Shown: positions 9,766-24,186, counted from the stretch's first letter. The stretch is DNA of 64,000 nt from Setoptus koraiensis (GCA_048013815.1 CM106586.1:3968001-4032000); one strand, 5' to 3'. Translations and numbers: made by a program. Notes: generated from the letters alone by a model not told the origin.

Positions 9766-12700
9766 TGATGGCATAGTTATGGGGCTTGTATGATGAGTTT
9801 ATTGTTTTTTATGCATTTTTATACGGGCAAGCGGCTGCGGCGGCCCATTTTGCATTGGCTTTGGGTTTTGTTGCTGTGAAACACATTTGATGGCCGCAAA
9901 CATAACTGTAAACAGGCAAGTTGTTGATGTTTATATGACGCAAGGGCACCTTTGCAAGTCGCAAGTTGTGTAACATTGGTAACTTATCATGACCGACAAC
10001 TTGGCGCCACTTGCACAATCTGACAACATTGTGTTGTTGTTGCAAGTTGTTACATCATGTACACTACTTTATATGTAACGTATACACATGTCGTTTATAT
10101 TATGTAACGCGTGTCGACGCATAGCTAGGCGATAATGCACGCTGCCAGTGGCCACGTTAGCGACTGACTGGCTGGCTGGCTGGCTGGGGCGCCTAGCGAC
10201 ATTTGCGGCGTCAAATGTCAGCATGACACTATACGTTGTTGGTGCGCACTGTGGCTACGCTTGCAAATATTGCAAAGATTGCCAAATGAAACTGGCCCAC
10301 TTATAACGTTAATACGCCAACAAACACACTTGTATTTTTTGTTGCTTTGTGTTTGCTGTCTCGCCGTCTTTGCGCTGGGCTGGCTCGGCTGCGAGCGGCG
10401 ATATTATTAATTTTCTCTCATTTAGCTTGCCAGCGAAATCGTTGCCATTCTCGCCATTGACTCAATGGCATTGAGCCAGTGATTTTGGCCCAAAACTCCG
10501 GTCAGGGGCCCCTTGTAAGGTTGGCGGCGTGCGCGTTCTTGATCACACCATCGAGCTACAGCGAGCCCTTTTACAACTCGAGAAATTTGACACTGGCCCG
10601 CCGGTGTTACGCCAGTGTGTTGATGATGCGCGCACCTGATCAAATTGAAGCCTGTTATTGCCGGCATAATAATACGCCCGGCCAAGTCTATAATTCAATC
10701 AGGCCGAGCGGAAACCCGCGCGCCCAATCAGCCAATTATGGTCGCCAATTACGCTGTCCGCGCTGCAGCTTTTTGTACATTGGCCACGAGGCGGCCCGAA
10801 GGTGAGACACGGCCGCGCACGGGCTGCGGGCCCGGCGGTCGCCGGTGTCCAGATCACCAGTTCGTTTGCTGTTTTGGGGCTCCGACGCCAAGTGATGAAA
10901 AATGAGAGCGGGCGCCCAACAAAATGGAGCACATGGCCATTATCCGCAACGCCATCACCGCATTCGGGCCCCTGCACAGGAAATATCCGAGCGATACAGG
11001 CCCAGTTGTGGGCCATTCCTGGGGCGCTGTCATAGAGAACATCCCTCATGCGGCCCCATAAGAATGCTGGCCGCTGCCTGGCTCGATAAACTTTGGGCCG
11101 CTGTCGCCGGCGCGCCAGAATGAGCGATCGGCTGCCAATGTGTCGCCGCCGACGGATTGCCGGGTGTGTGACCGGCGCAACGGGCCGGTCACACACACAC
11201 ACTGATCAACTGGCCAGCGCAGCCGGCGGGGGCGACAAAATCAAAAGAGGGAGAGAATCTATTTGGACAAAATCTATTTCCTGTTGCAGCGAGCGCATAT
11301 TCTAATGACGGGCCGCGCGACAAGCCCGTCTAATGGCGCCGGGCTCATGGCACAGCCAATGAGATGTGGGCGCGCGGTACGCGAGCGGCGAACTGGCGCC
11401 ACGTCTGAGCGGGCCAGCCGGTCGGTCGGTCCGACGGCCAGCGAGTCGGCGAGCCGGGCGAAATTGCGACGTCACTGTTCGGTTATTATTAATGATGATG
11501 ATTATGATTTTATTGAATCTAGCGATCAAAGCGATTGCTTTCGCTGCCAATCGCCGCTCGTCCGTGCGCCGGCCCGCTCGCCCCAATGGGCCCCTGACAG
11601 CGGCGCGCGCGCCCACAGACCGACGGGCCCGTCGGCTCGCCGGCCCCCAACTGGCAGCGCGCAAAGCGATTTAGGGCCGGTGGCAATTGGCGCCGAATCG
11701 CCAACGGCCCAAGAGCATCGACGGTCAGCGCGCGCTTGACCACTGGTCAGTTTGCAGCGCAAATCGGCTCGCGGCGCTGATCGGCGGGCCGCCGCTGCAA
11801 CATCCAGCGGGCCGGCCGACTGTGCGGCCCGCAAGCGCCCGAAAGTGTATAACTGGCGGCGTTTAAGTTTCACTTTCTCATCTCATTGCTCACTTATTTG
11901 CTCGTTGCCGTCATCTGTGCCAACGATTGACCAATTTGTGCTGGCTTGGCGCGCCTGTTTGTGTGATATCATGCATTGCGCGCCCCCCGCCCCCCTCCGC
12001 GTCACTTACAAATAGGCAGCGGCTCATCGGATCAGCAGTTAGATTAGCATTAGTGCGGCCGGCGCCGAAATGAAGGGCGCCAGCTCGCGCGCTCGGTGCG
12101 ATATGCTAGCTGGCCGGCAGCGACGATCATTAGATCGCTATCTATTGACGGCCGTGCCCAGTCGTCGTCGCTCTCGCTCCCTTTCGCTCTGGTCTCCCTT
12201 TCTCGCTGCGAGCACATGGCTGGCCGCTATGCGCTCGCATGTGCCCGCGCCGGAGCGGCGCGGGCGCCTAGCTGCGTTCGCGACTCGCGTTTGTGCGCTG
12301 TGCAACTTGAAGCCGTCTTGCTAACGACGATCTAATTGATCATTACTGAACTGCGCCCAAACTTGTTCTCGGCGCCAAATTGCTGCCGCTGCTGTTGTTG
12401 GCGCTGTTGTTGTTGTTGTTGTTGCTGTTGTTGTTAGCGGCAACAACAGCGGCAACATCGGCGGACGTCCATGGCCAAGGTCCGCGCGCGCGCGCCGGCC
12501 CACTGACCGTTGCCGTCTTGACGGCGCGCCAGTGAATTTGCGCCCGCCACGATTAGTTACGATTAGTTTTATCGTATGCGGCCAGCCTAAGCCAGCGATG
12601 GCCATTGCGGGCCCGCGCGCCGGCCCGCCGCTCGCGGCCGCCCTTGCCCGGCTTCTCGTGCCGGACCGCGCAGATAAGTCGCTCGTTGGGCGCGCTTGCT

Positions 12701-13156
12701 GACGCCGATAACTTCGCCATTATTCGCCGGCAGCAGTTGTTGCGCGAGACACAAGTGCGCTACGTCTTCATTTCCACTCTTCGTCTTCTGGGCTCCGCGT
12801 ACTGCCCTCGCTCTCTTGCCCGGCGCTTGCCCGGCCGCTGGGACGCGCCGCAGCCGGCCCGATATCACCATACAGCACGAGCGATCGGCCCGCTGTTCGG
12901 CCCGGCCGCGACCGCGCCACCGCCGGTATTCGGGCCGCACCAGTGTCCGCCCGGACGGCACTGGGGCATTGCGCTCGGGCGCTCATTGTAAATTAAAGCT
13001 ACCGCCACTATAATTTCAAGGCATGATGAATGATGATGCAACAACTTTGCTAACTAATGTATGTGCTCGCTCGTATTTGCCTCTTTTGCGCGCTTGTTTC
13101 TCGTCCGTGGCCCTCCTTTATTTCGCTCATACATCGCTGTGCACATGCCCGTCCGC

Positions 13157-13233
13157 GATCCAGTGGGGGCCCTGCACAAGAATGGGCCCCACTGGATCAT
13201 ATGGTGCCGCTAATGCTGCACCATATGATCCAG
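13157..13233. repeat. Two overlapping inverted repeats
   Basis: GATCCAGTGGGG(G)CCC / GGGCCCCACTGGATC (13157-13198, one bulge). Perfect 16-bp stem CTGGATCATATGGTGC / GCACCATATGATCCAG (13192-13233). Confidence 0.9.
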
Positions 13234-13776
13234 ATAACGGTGCTCGTGTTGCATTGTGTGTGTTATTGCGCACGCCAGAACAAGTTAAACAACGAGTTCT
13301 CGAACACGAGCAAGCGAATTCCGACAAACAATGCGCTCTCGTGTGGCTGTCATTTGAATGGGCGCCTCTCCACAATATCAGACCACAATATCAAGATTTG
13401 AGCTGCGCTCGGCCGGTTTGTGGGGCCCCGGCAGCATGGGGCCCCGAACAAGAGGCCAACAAGCGGCCGCATGAACAATGTTCGGGCGCAAATAGCACAG
13501 CACAGCGCCGCGCCGCGCCGGCGTGCCGGATTCTGGTCGGCCAGTCAGCGAGCGACATGTTGATAAATAGAGAGACGTTTTTTCAGCATTAGACAAGCGC
13601 CGCCACCGCGACACAACAACAGCAGCAGCAACAACAACAACGACAACAACAACGACAACAACAACAGCGCCGCTATTGCTGTTTTAACACTAATAGGCAG
13701 CAACACTATAAGCGATGGACGCAAACAAATCATCATTTAATCACTATGACGGCTTGAGTGGCGCTGCCGCCGAGGC

Positions 13777-13818
13777 CCGATGGCGTCCGATGGCGTCCGA
13801 TGGCGTCCGATGGCGCCC
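13777..13818. repeat. 10-bp tandem repeat x4
   Basis: (CCGATGGCGT)n. Confidence 0.9.
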
Positions 13819-16800
13819 AACTGCGGCCCCATTGGCCGGCCGCGACCGGCGGTCCGGCCAGACGCCGCGCCGAGCGGCACTTTGAGACGCGACCATCAAT
13901 AGAGTCGATTAGTCTCTGGCGGGCGAGAATGAGCGGCCAATGTGACAAGAGATTGGTCGTTGCGTCGGCCCGCTCGTCGCTTCAGCCCGTCGCGGGGGCT
14001 CGCTGGGCGCCCATCTTTCGGCGCGGATCCGGCTGCTAGCGCTAGCTCGTGCCGAATTATCCGCCGCATTCTGACGGATTCTGGTCGGCGGGCACCAATG
14101 GCCGCGGTCAGTACAGTTAGCCTGGCGGGTATTGCCCCCACTTGTTTGGTGTGACCAGTGTGTGTATGTACGGTGGGCACGCTTCGCGGTGAGGCCAATG
14201 CGCGCATCGTCGCTTGTTAGCGCCGCTCTGGCCCCAAAATGCTAAAACCGCCGCCGCTGCCGCCGCAGCTCCCTCACTCGTTTACCTTGCTGCCGCCTGC
14301 GGGGCCCCTCTTTTTGTGTGCGACGTTATGACGACATTATATAACGATCTAATAGCGCAAGTAGTGATACTGAGCTATGAGAATGAGAGGGCTTCGCTAG
14401 ACGAAGCGAGCGCTGTCCGGTGTTGACTAATGACAAATTTAGTCATTAAGCATGAAGCCGAAGATTAAGTGTGTGTGTGTGCTGTAGTTAGCAGGCAATA
14501 ATACGCAAACTGGCCAGTTGGGGCGCTGCTCGCGTGTTATGTAGTTGCCGCGGGTTGCCGCGGGTAGCCGCCGGTCGTCGCCGGTCGCGTGGGTGGCGGT
14601 AGTGCAATTATTATTGGTACTAGTTGATTGATTTTGGTTTGTTTGCAATGCAATTGTGTGTCTATCATGCAGGCTGCAACATGCTGCCGTTATAGGACAC
14701 TCGGTTGGCTTGTCAGCCTGTCACTGGCAAGACAGATAGACACGCAGCGACACCAATAATTAAGCGGCCACTAATTGCAACTGGCAGCCGCCGAATACTC
14801 ACAACTTGAGCATCAAATCAGATACAATTTCAATGCGCGCCGGCCGGGTCCGCGTTCGATCGGGGCCCCCAGCCAATAATAACTTATATACTTATGGCCA
14901 CTGACTGATGGACTGACAAACAATCGGCGTTGTTGCTGCTGGCAATTAACTGGCTGATTGTTGATTTGCTGGCTGGCTGGCTGGCTGGCTGGCCGGCAGC
15001 GCTTAATGGCGTCGCCTCTGTTATCCGCTTCGCTCTTGCCCGCTTCACTCTTGCCCGCTTCGCTCTTGCCCGGCCGGCGCCCGCGACCGGCGATGCGGAG
15101 CTCGGGCCGCTGTCACGCCTCTCTAGGAGCGCAGCTGCAGTGCCCACTGTGCAACTGTGGTGCTCACTTGTGCCACCTGCCCTTGGAGCGGCTCCACAGC
15201 GGCCCGGCGCGAGTGGTGGCGGGCTCGGGTAGGCTGGCGCGAGCGGTGACCGACCTCCGGGGTTGGCCGGCGCGGGCGGTGAGCGCGCTCGGGTAGCGCA
15301 CCGGCGGCCCAGTTTAGATTACAGATTACAGGTTGGAGAGGATTAGAAATTAGAAATTACCAGTTATAAATCGCAATTGAAATCCAAGTGGCGAGTGAGC
15401 CGGCGCCGTGGGGCCCCATCAATTAGGTGTCGCGAGCCGGCGCTGATTTAATTCGCGCTAATGTTACATCACATTACAGTTTTACAGTGTTGTCTTGTTT
15501 ATTTGTTGCAGCTTGTTGTTGTTTGTTGATTGTCGCCGGTCGCCGGTTGCCGGTCGCACTCATCATCATGGTGGCGCGTTTTTAATGATGGCCGGCAAAC
15601 ATTGTTGCACACCTACGCACCGCACTTGGCGCCCGCGCTGATATTTGTCGCGCGCAAACACGCGTCGGCTCGCGCCAACTGCAAGCCAATTGCACAGCCC
15701 GATGGGCCCCATCGGGCCCCACTCGCCGCCACTCGCCCCGCTCGCCGGGCCCCGGCCCCAGTCGAAATGGGGCGCCCGGCAAGCAGAGGCGAAGGGCGGC
15801 GAGTATAGGCCAGCCAGTGTCGCCATATGAGATGCTCAACGGCTGCCAGGCCAGTGGCGCCAACAGAGGGACACAGTTAAATTTTGCACAGCCGAGTCAA
15901 ACTAATGACTCTCGCTCTGTCTGTCGCTGGCTGGCTGGCTGGCTGGCAAGCTCAGTTAACTCGCTGCGAGTTGTTAGCCGGCGCAATGCGGGCCGGCCGG
16001 CCAGCCAGCCAGAGTCATTTGGCAAGACGGTTGTCGGCGAGCGGAGGCCCGGCGGCCGGCGGAGGAGACAAGACAGAGTATTGTTGTTTTTGGTTGTTAG
16101 CGATGATGATTATTATCATCATTATTGACGACTATGGCGGGCACCATGAAGCCCGCTATGTTTGTGTGCTGTTCCGCCTGGGCACCCATCCTGGCCGACC
16201 GAGGCGCCAACAAACCCGAGCGCGCAGTTGGCCCCGCCGAAGCGACTGAGCGACTTGAGTGCGCGGCCTACATGAGACGAGACGAGACACGGGTCTGGCT
16301 GTAGGTGAGACGAGACGACGCGCCATGAGATGATATGGTTCGTAATGTGATGCGACCCGAGCTGTGGCCGGCCGCGCGCGGCTCCGGCCGATACAGTGGG
16401 CCCGGCCGATGTCGGCGGCCCGCGTAACGGCGGCGGCGGCGTCGGGACCCGCGGCGCAGGCAAAAAAGCAGAGCGCGGCGCTTGCACTTTGTTGCGGCTT
16501 TGTTTGTAGTCGGCGGCGCCAGCGGAGCCCCCGATCCCGCCGCCGCCGACATCACTCAGCGTGTGTGTGTGTGTGTGTGTGTGTGTATGTTGGCGTGTGC
16601 GTGCGTGTGCGTGTGCAATCTGTAAAAGAAACCATTTGCTGGGTGTATCTGAATGAGAAATGTAATAATACAATGGCAATAACAATAACAACGACAAGCC
16701 CAGAGAGAAAAGAATGAGCGAGCGAAAAAGATATAACCAATTTCATTAGTATGTATACGGCCGACCCGTTGGCTGGCTGGCTGGCGGCAGGCAGGCCCCA

Positions 16801-19075
16801 GCTAGTTGGCCCCGTCGGACAATAGACAGAGCGGCGGCGAGTATCAATAAATATCAATCTATCATTCGGATGCCTCCGGGCCTCCGCCGGCGCGCACAAG
16901 TCAGCGTCAAACGGGCACGGTCTGACACGGGAGCCGTGGGCTCTATATATTCATTTTGGGGCCGGCCTAATGCCAATAACGTTATTACTGGGCCCGTTAT
17001 TGGCTGGCGGCGGCCCGCTAACAGGCCGCGATACCGACTACCCGTGGCGCCAGAGCGGCCCCGCTAGCCCTGCCAGGGCGGCCAGCGCGCCGCCAACCGG
17101 GGCTGCATGAATGAAATTTTCCAACGTACGGCTACCAACCAACGCAAAAACAAGCGACTGGGCCCCACCAGAGGGGCCCACGAACAGCCAGTAGTTGGCG
17201 AAGGTCACTGTGCCGCGTGACGGCGCGCCAAGACGATCGGGCCGAAACCTCAAATTTGACCATCATCCGCTGAGCCACTGCTGTGTCGCGCCGGATCTCG
17301 TCGCGCGGATCTCGTCGAGCCGCGCCGGTGATCCGCGCGGGGGCCGCCTGGTGGCCGTTGCTCGCTGACACGACCCGTGAGTCAGTGGCTGACATTTCAG
17401 TGCCGCGTCACGGCGCCGAGCAACCAGCGCCAGTTGACCCAGCCTGACACACCTCGCACTTCCGGCCGGCGCCTGTCAATATCAGGCTCCCGGCAGCGGA
17501 CAAAGCTCGCTGTCTCAATTCGCTCAACTGCTCGTGCTGCGTAACGTGCTCGCCGCATGGATGCATCAACATCAGCCCGCTCTGTTGATGTATCAGCGGG
17601 CTCTTTGTTGGCTGGCGCACTTTGTGTCCGCTGCTCGGCCGCGCCACCAAAAGCCGCGCCCCGGCCAACCGACCGGCCGGCCGGATCAGCGGGCCAGCGT
17701 GCTATTTGCGCGTGCCATTTGCGCGTGCTACGGGCCCCAGCGACGACAATCGCACCATCTTGTTGGCCAGACAACTGAGCGGCGCGTCACGAGCTGAATG
17801 AAATTGACACGTTGAAACTAATAACTTTGCCGTCTGCTCTAGGCCACTGGGCACTGCACCGCGCAAGCAGGCTGCCCACGCCGTCTTGTGACGTAAGTCG
17901 TGTGCGCTGTACCGAGTCGACTACTCGCTCTCTGGCCGCACTGGCGGCCTGTCAATTTGAATTATCATCATCATCGTCGTCGTCGTCGTGGGCGCCCGAC
18001 GGTCAGTAGTTTGTTGTTGTCAAGTTGCTGCCGCTTGGGCCGCTCGGGCCGCTTGTTAGCTGCTTGTTAATGACGCTTGAGCGCCGGTAACAAGCTGCGC
18101 CAGTTGTCAGCTGTGGGCGCTCGCCGGCGGACGGCACCACCGCAGAAAATGAAACACGATAATATGCGATAAGAAGGATTATTAATATTATCCATGCTTG
18201 CGCTCTAAATTACCGCCGCTGTTGTTGTTGTTGTTGCTGCTGCCGCTGTTGTTGTTGTTGTTGTCGTTGTTGTTGCTGCTGTTGTTGTTGTTGTTGCGGC
18301 CGTTGTAACGTACCTGCGGCCTTGTTACGTCACACAGTGCGAATGTAAGTAACCAACGGCAAGACGAGCCCGTCGTGAGCAGCGGCGTGCACACAAATCG
18401 CACACAGATCGCGCACGTATGCACACGGTGCGCGCCTACCACGTCCACGTACACGTCCCGTACACTGTTGAGCGCGCTGCTGTGCGCCTCCGCGGCACAG
18501 TCTGCGGCACAATATTGCACCGATGGGGCCCTATAGCTTGTATAGCCCATACGCATAGCCCATTTGACAACATACAGCCCTTGTACAGCAGTTATATGAT
18601 GTGATCCGTCGTTGTGCCGTATCCGTCTGTCTATAGACTAAAAAGGATAATAATGGAGCGACACGCTCGCGAAAAGAATAATGGCAACGGGCAACGGTAA
18701 ATAGGGTGCCCCAATAAGCCAAATAGATTTGTCTTGTGTGTGTGTTGCCGGTAACTTGCCAGGTAAGACAATGCGACATTAATGACTCACTCACACCTAG
18801 TTATCATTCAGTGAACAACGATGCAGCCAGCCAGTGTGCGCCTGTCTGTGTCACCTGTCTGTATCATTGCGCAATATGTCAGCTGTTGGCCAGTTAGTGA
18901 GCCGGTCACTGGGCCGCTGTTATCTGTGTCTTGTATCACTATCGACGTGGTTAGCCGGTTAGCTGGCCAGGATTAATGTGTAATTGCGCAAGCTTGCCGC
19001 TGTCTAACAGTTATCTAGCCGTTATTGGTTGCTTGCGTTGTGGGCTAGGTGGCCTGGGTGCGCGCCCCAGTTGTC

Positions 19076-19129
19076 GCCAGAGTTGCCAGAGTCGCCAGAG
19101 TCGCCAGAGTCGCCAGAGTTGCCAGAGTT
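19076..19129. repeat. 9-bp tandem repeat x6
   Basis: GCCAGAGT(C/T). Confidence 0.9.
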
Positions 19130-20954
19130 GGCTCGCTCGGCTGGTATGCCAGTTGCGGCGCAATGTGACAAGAGCAACCGGCCCGCCGTTCGAGAGGGCG
19201 CTGGCGGCAAGGATTTAATAATGGCCGCCAGAGATAGACAGTTAGATTGATTATGGTATGATGAGACAGGCGACCTGTAATCAGTCACCGGCGCCTAGCG
19301 GACACAGTTGCTTAGCTTCAATTTGTTTGGCTTTGCTGCTGGCAGTGCCGTTGTTGTTGCTGTCGCTGTTGTTGCTGTTGCTGCTGTTGTTGCTGTTGCA
19401 GTCGCTGTTGTTGTTGTTGTGGGAGTTGAGTTAAGAATTGCAATTGTAAGTTACGTTCTGACAATTGTAACTTGGTGCACAGTTTTCCTGCGCCCGCCTG
19501 TGCGCCACAACTTGACCAGCCAATCCAGTCTTGGCATTGCTCGTTTAAATACTCGCTCACTCGTGTGCCAATTGTGCGCAGCCGATCGTGTTTAATCATG
19601 AGAGGCCAGTTGCACGAGTTGCAATTGCATTGTGCGAGTGTGTGTGTGTGTGTGTGTGTGTGTCAGTTGTTTCATTTGTTATCCCAATTATCTCGTTGTC
19701 TCACATGTGCTGTTATTGGCGAGCAGGCCGTGAGTATGCCGGTTGCCATGGCTACTATATACGTCGTCGTGATGTGCGCACGGACATTTGTGCACAACAA
19801 CCGACAACAACATGAGCGCACAACAATAGTTACAATTGGGGCCCGTCTGTCTATCAAGAGTCAGTGGCAGTTATTGGGGCCCCAGTTTTGCGAGTGCTGG
19901 CCTCTTTTGTCTTATTGGCCGGCGCTGTTGGCCGGCGCAACTGTTAACAATAAGTCAAGAGAGTTAAAACTGGCATCACAAAACTGACACAACAACTAGA
20001 GCTAATCTATTTATCCCTGCGCGAGCCCACTTCTGGCTGCGCGCGCCAGTCTGTGCGCCGAGAATCGGATAACCGGACTGACCCAACGGTCGGCCCATTG
20101 AGAGGCCACGGTCTCGGCCTCGGCTTCGGCGAGACAAACAACAGACTATCGCCGCTAACGCAGCGGATAAATGGGCTTGTGCGGGCCCCACGCAGCCTGT
20201 GAGGCGCACACGGGCTGTGCACAGGCTCTCAGGCCGAGCAACCAACGACAAAGATAACGGACAACGGTCAACGGTCAACGGACAACGGTCAACGGACAAT
20301 GGGCACTGGGCAATGGACAAAATGGCAATGGATTGTTTATAACAATCAATTGCGATTGGCCAGCAGCAACTTTTAAATATCGATCAATCATTGGGGCCCG
20401 CTGCTGCGGCGAACACGTTGAGAGACTTTGTGCGTGCCTCGCTGGCTCTTCGCTGGCCGTTCGGCGTTTGGTCAGTGGCTGATCGCTCGCTGCTCAGTCG
20501 GGCCGGTCAGTCGGGCCGGTCAGTCGGGCTGCCCAGTGAATGGTCGTTCGGGCTGCCGACAACAGCAAATGTCGCCACTAATGAACCTGGTGCAGGCTGG
20601 TGCAGCTTGAGAGCACTTGCTGCACCGTGCACCATCTCGAGTGTTGTGTTTGTTTTGCATTACATTTGTGTCTCACTCGTTGCGTCATCTTGCTGCCGTC
20701 CGTCTGGCTGCCCAATTCGGCCCATTGCTTGGCGTTCTGTTGTTGTTGTTGGTGGTGGTGCACAAGTATAACTGCACAAGGATAACTGCACAAGGGCCTC
20801 GGCTGGTGGTGCTGCCGTCGCTGCTGTTGTTGCCGTTGTCGCCGTTGTCAAATAGCGTTATATAACTTATATAAGTTATATAAGTTATACAACACAAACA
20901 ATACATATAACAAAGGGTGTCTCGAGTGTTTGCAGCAGTGGATGACCAATGAGA

Positions 20955-21002
<48 letters not shown>

Positions 21003-21012
21003 GGTTATTCAT

Positions 21013-21046
<34 letters not shown>

Positions 21047-21636
21047 GCCGTCTACTTACCTAAGGCTAAACCTATTACTCTGTCTATCTATAAGTGTGCG
21101 ATACATCTATAAGTGTGCGTGTGTGTCGTTTGTAGACTCTCTTGAGTTGGCTGGCCCCAAAACTTGGCCTCAAGCGCTTACTTTTTTCGACAGCCAACAG
21201 TGAGCGTCGTCGCTAGCTTTCTGTGCGGCTCGCCGCTTAAACTTTTAAACTATCCTTTCTTGCGCCCGCACCTCTCTGTTATTGTCGGCAGCGGCCAGCC
21301 CTGGCCGAGGCTGCCCACCGCTGGGGTCCGACGCGAGCTGGGGCCCGACGCGAGCTGAGGCCCGACGCTTGCTGGGGCCGCAGACAAGCTGGCGCGCAAA
21401 CAGAGCGGTCATCGACGACTCCGGCGGCGGGCGGGCGGCGAGGTGCAACGTCGGCACGCGGGGCCCGCTCAGCTGACAACAGAAACAACAGCGCGGCACT
21501 GATATGAGTGGGCGATACGCGCCACTACTATGAGCACATCATATTAAAGTCTTAAATTATCTAACTGGCCGCCGGAGAGGCCAGTTGCATCATCATTTAG
21601 TTTGCTGTTTAAACTGTCCATTGCTGCTAGCTACTT

Positions 21637-21769
21637 CTGGCCACTGGTCGCTGGTCACTGGTCGCTGGTCGCTGGTCGCTGGCCGCTGGCCGCTGGCCGC
21701 TGGCCACTGGTCACTGGTCACTGGCTACTGGCCACTGGCCACTGGCTACTGGCTACTAGCCACTGGCTA
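21637..21769. repeat. 7-bp minisatellite x19
   Basis: CTGG(C/T)(C/T)(A/G) units, with variants clustered in runs. Confidence 0.92.
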
Positions 21770-22400
21770 GGGGCCCGCCGTGTGCAGTGGCCAGCAGTAT
21801 CAACGTATACACTGGCCGGCTTGTCGGCTGTCGGCGGATATTATATACGATGGTGGCCACGGGCATCCCTTATACCGTAATTGGGCTCGCTTTATTCCTG
21901 GGGCAGCCCCTTTTTATGGTTGCTCGCCACCTTGGCCAGCGGATTTTATTGCTCTGGCCGCCTGCGGGCCGCCACCGCTGGCCCCCGACTCTGGCTGTCC
22001 GACTGGCCACCAACGGGCGACCAACGCGCAACCGACGGGCAACCGAGCGGCAGTCGAGCGGCGCAACCGACGGGCGAGCTGGCGGGCAACTTGGCTAACG
22101 GCAAGTTGTTACTGGGCGCACTAACTCGGCCCCAAACATGCAGCCACTTCTTATTTTGGGCTAGCCCCAGAATAACAATGATAATAATAGCGATAATAAT
22201 AACACACAGTCTCAATTTAATGGCCAGCCGGGCCAGTTAGCGACCAGCCAGGCAGATAGCGCTGCCCGATAGCGAGCCCGTGCGCCCCCAAATGAAGGCG
22301 CCCACTTTTTCAAGCGGCGCCACACTGGCCAGTGTGCGGCCGGGCCTCATCGGCTTGTCAACTGCAGCGAACGACGCGCATTGAGCCTCAATTTGAGCCT

Positions 22401-22505
22401 CAATGACTGAGGTTCCAATGATTGAGGTTCCAATGATTGAGGTTCCAATGATTGAGGTTCCAATGATTGAGGTTCCAATGATTGAGGTTTCAATGATTGA
22501 GGTTG
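22401..22505. repeat. 15-bp minisatellite x7
   Basis: CAATGATTGAGGTTC. Confidence 0.95.
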
Positions 22506-23830
22506 ATTCAACCTGGTTGAAATTGAAATTGCGCGCCAACAAACCGATAGCCCGGCTGAAAACGCGGCTGAAAATGCGGCCGCCAAGACAACACAAACGT
22601 TGGTCGGTTGGTTGGCGATTTGTGGCGCCGGCCAGCAGATCAACTCGACGGAGAGGACAATTCCGAGGCTGGCCAATGGGTGATCAATAATCAGTGCTTG
22701 CTAATCAGGCGTGCTCATCAGTTTGACGCCGGCGGATAATTTATCCGGGATAAATTAAAATTTAAATTTGCGCGCTGTGGACCGGCCCAGTGAAAAGATG
22801 GCGCCAATGGACGACAATGGGGCGCGTTGGGGCCGCAATTACTGCCGGCCGTATTTGGCGTAATTGATGTGTTTGTATTGTGGGTATTTAGGCAGCAGCA
22901 GCAGCAGCGCCACTGACCGTTGGTGGCAGTGATTTTAGCCTGCATGGGGCGACTCGTGTGACACGCAAGCCGAATTGTGGGCCCAAGCGGCCAATGCGGC
23001 ACTCAGGTGATAGGTGACAGGCGGCGGCCAGTGTGACAGCAGCGGCAACAACAACAACACACAAATTGATTAGAGCAATTTGGGTTAGGTCAGCTCGACT
23101 GGCCATCAATATCACGAGGGCCTCAAGTGTGTTTGCTAAGTGTTTGCGCGTGCTAGCCGCTCATCGCGTCGCAATGACCGTCGGACGAGGCCGATCGCGC
23201 CATCGTGTGATCATGTGATCGCCTGATTGATCGTCGTCAGAATCAAGTTTTGGCGCCGTGATGGTGTTTGGCTTGGCTTGTTTGTCGCCGCTGCCGCTGC
23301 TGCAATTCGGCTTGTCGTCACTCATATCAAGCATATCGACGGCGTCGCAATAGATCGATGGCTCGATGGTCAGTATCATTGAGCCAAAGGTAAACAAACG
23401 CGACAACGAGACAATGTCAATTGGGGCCGCTTGAGCGCGCCTCACTGTCGATGATACCGATGGCCACGGTATGCAACTGACCGCTGACACACACCGCTGC
23501 GTTAGTGCCGTCGCCGGCCGCCAGGCCTCCAGTAGCGGCGCCCAGGCCGGTCAGAGCCGTGCCACAAGCGACAGCACTTTGCTTAGTTGTCGTTGTATTT
23601 TATTACATAACATGGTGGCCAACGGCGATTTGTTGTGTCGCAATGTCGTGTCGTGTCGTGTCGTTTCGTCATTGAGCACTTAATGATGCTTTTTTATCCG
23701 TCGTCGCTGCCATGATGATGCATGTTGTTTTGTTATTTGCTGAGGCCCCCTCTCCCCTCTCGCCTGCTCCCTCGCTCCCTTTCTGGCCGAGCCACTGCAC
23801 ACTCGGGCGCCGCGATGCGACAAAGATACT

Positions 23831-23864
<34 letters not shown>

Positions 23865-24097
23865 TAGTAATTGATAGCTCGGCGCTATTATCCGTTCGGC
23901 CGGCAGCCATTTCAATGATTGGGACCATTTTAATCACTGCACAGCGCCCTCATTGATCGGCCCAGATATTGCCAAATATCGCGCGTGCGCCCCAAACTGT
24001 TCGGCACAGTTTATCGCAGCAACAACTCGCTACATTTAGCGCGCATGTAAACAGTAGCGGTCGCTGGGCCCCTGTGGGCACGCCTGCCCAGAGACAC

Positions 24098-24186
24098 AAA
24101 ATACTTGGCACAAAATTGTCGGCACAAAATATTTGGCACAAAATATTTGGCACAAAATTGTCGGCACGGAATCGCCGGCACAAAAC
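24098..24186. repeat. ~14-bp degenerate tandem repeat x~6
   Basis: GGCACAAAATATTT / GGCACAAAATTGTC. Confidence 0.85.

Noticed and set aside
13023-13592. 189-aa ATG-initiated ORF in the intron
   Set aside because: No recognisable domain. It runs across inverted repeats, and ORFs of this length are expected in GC-rich DNA.
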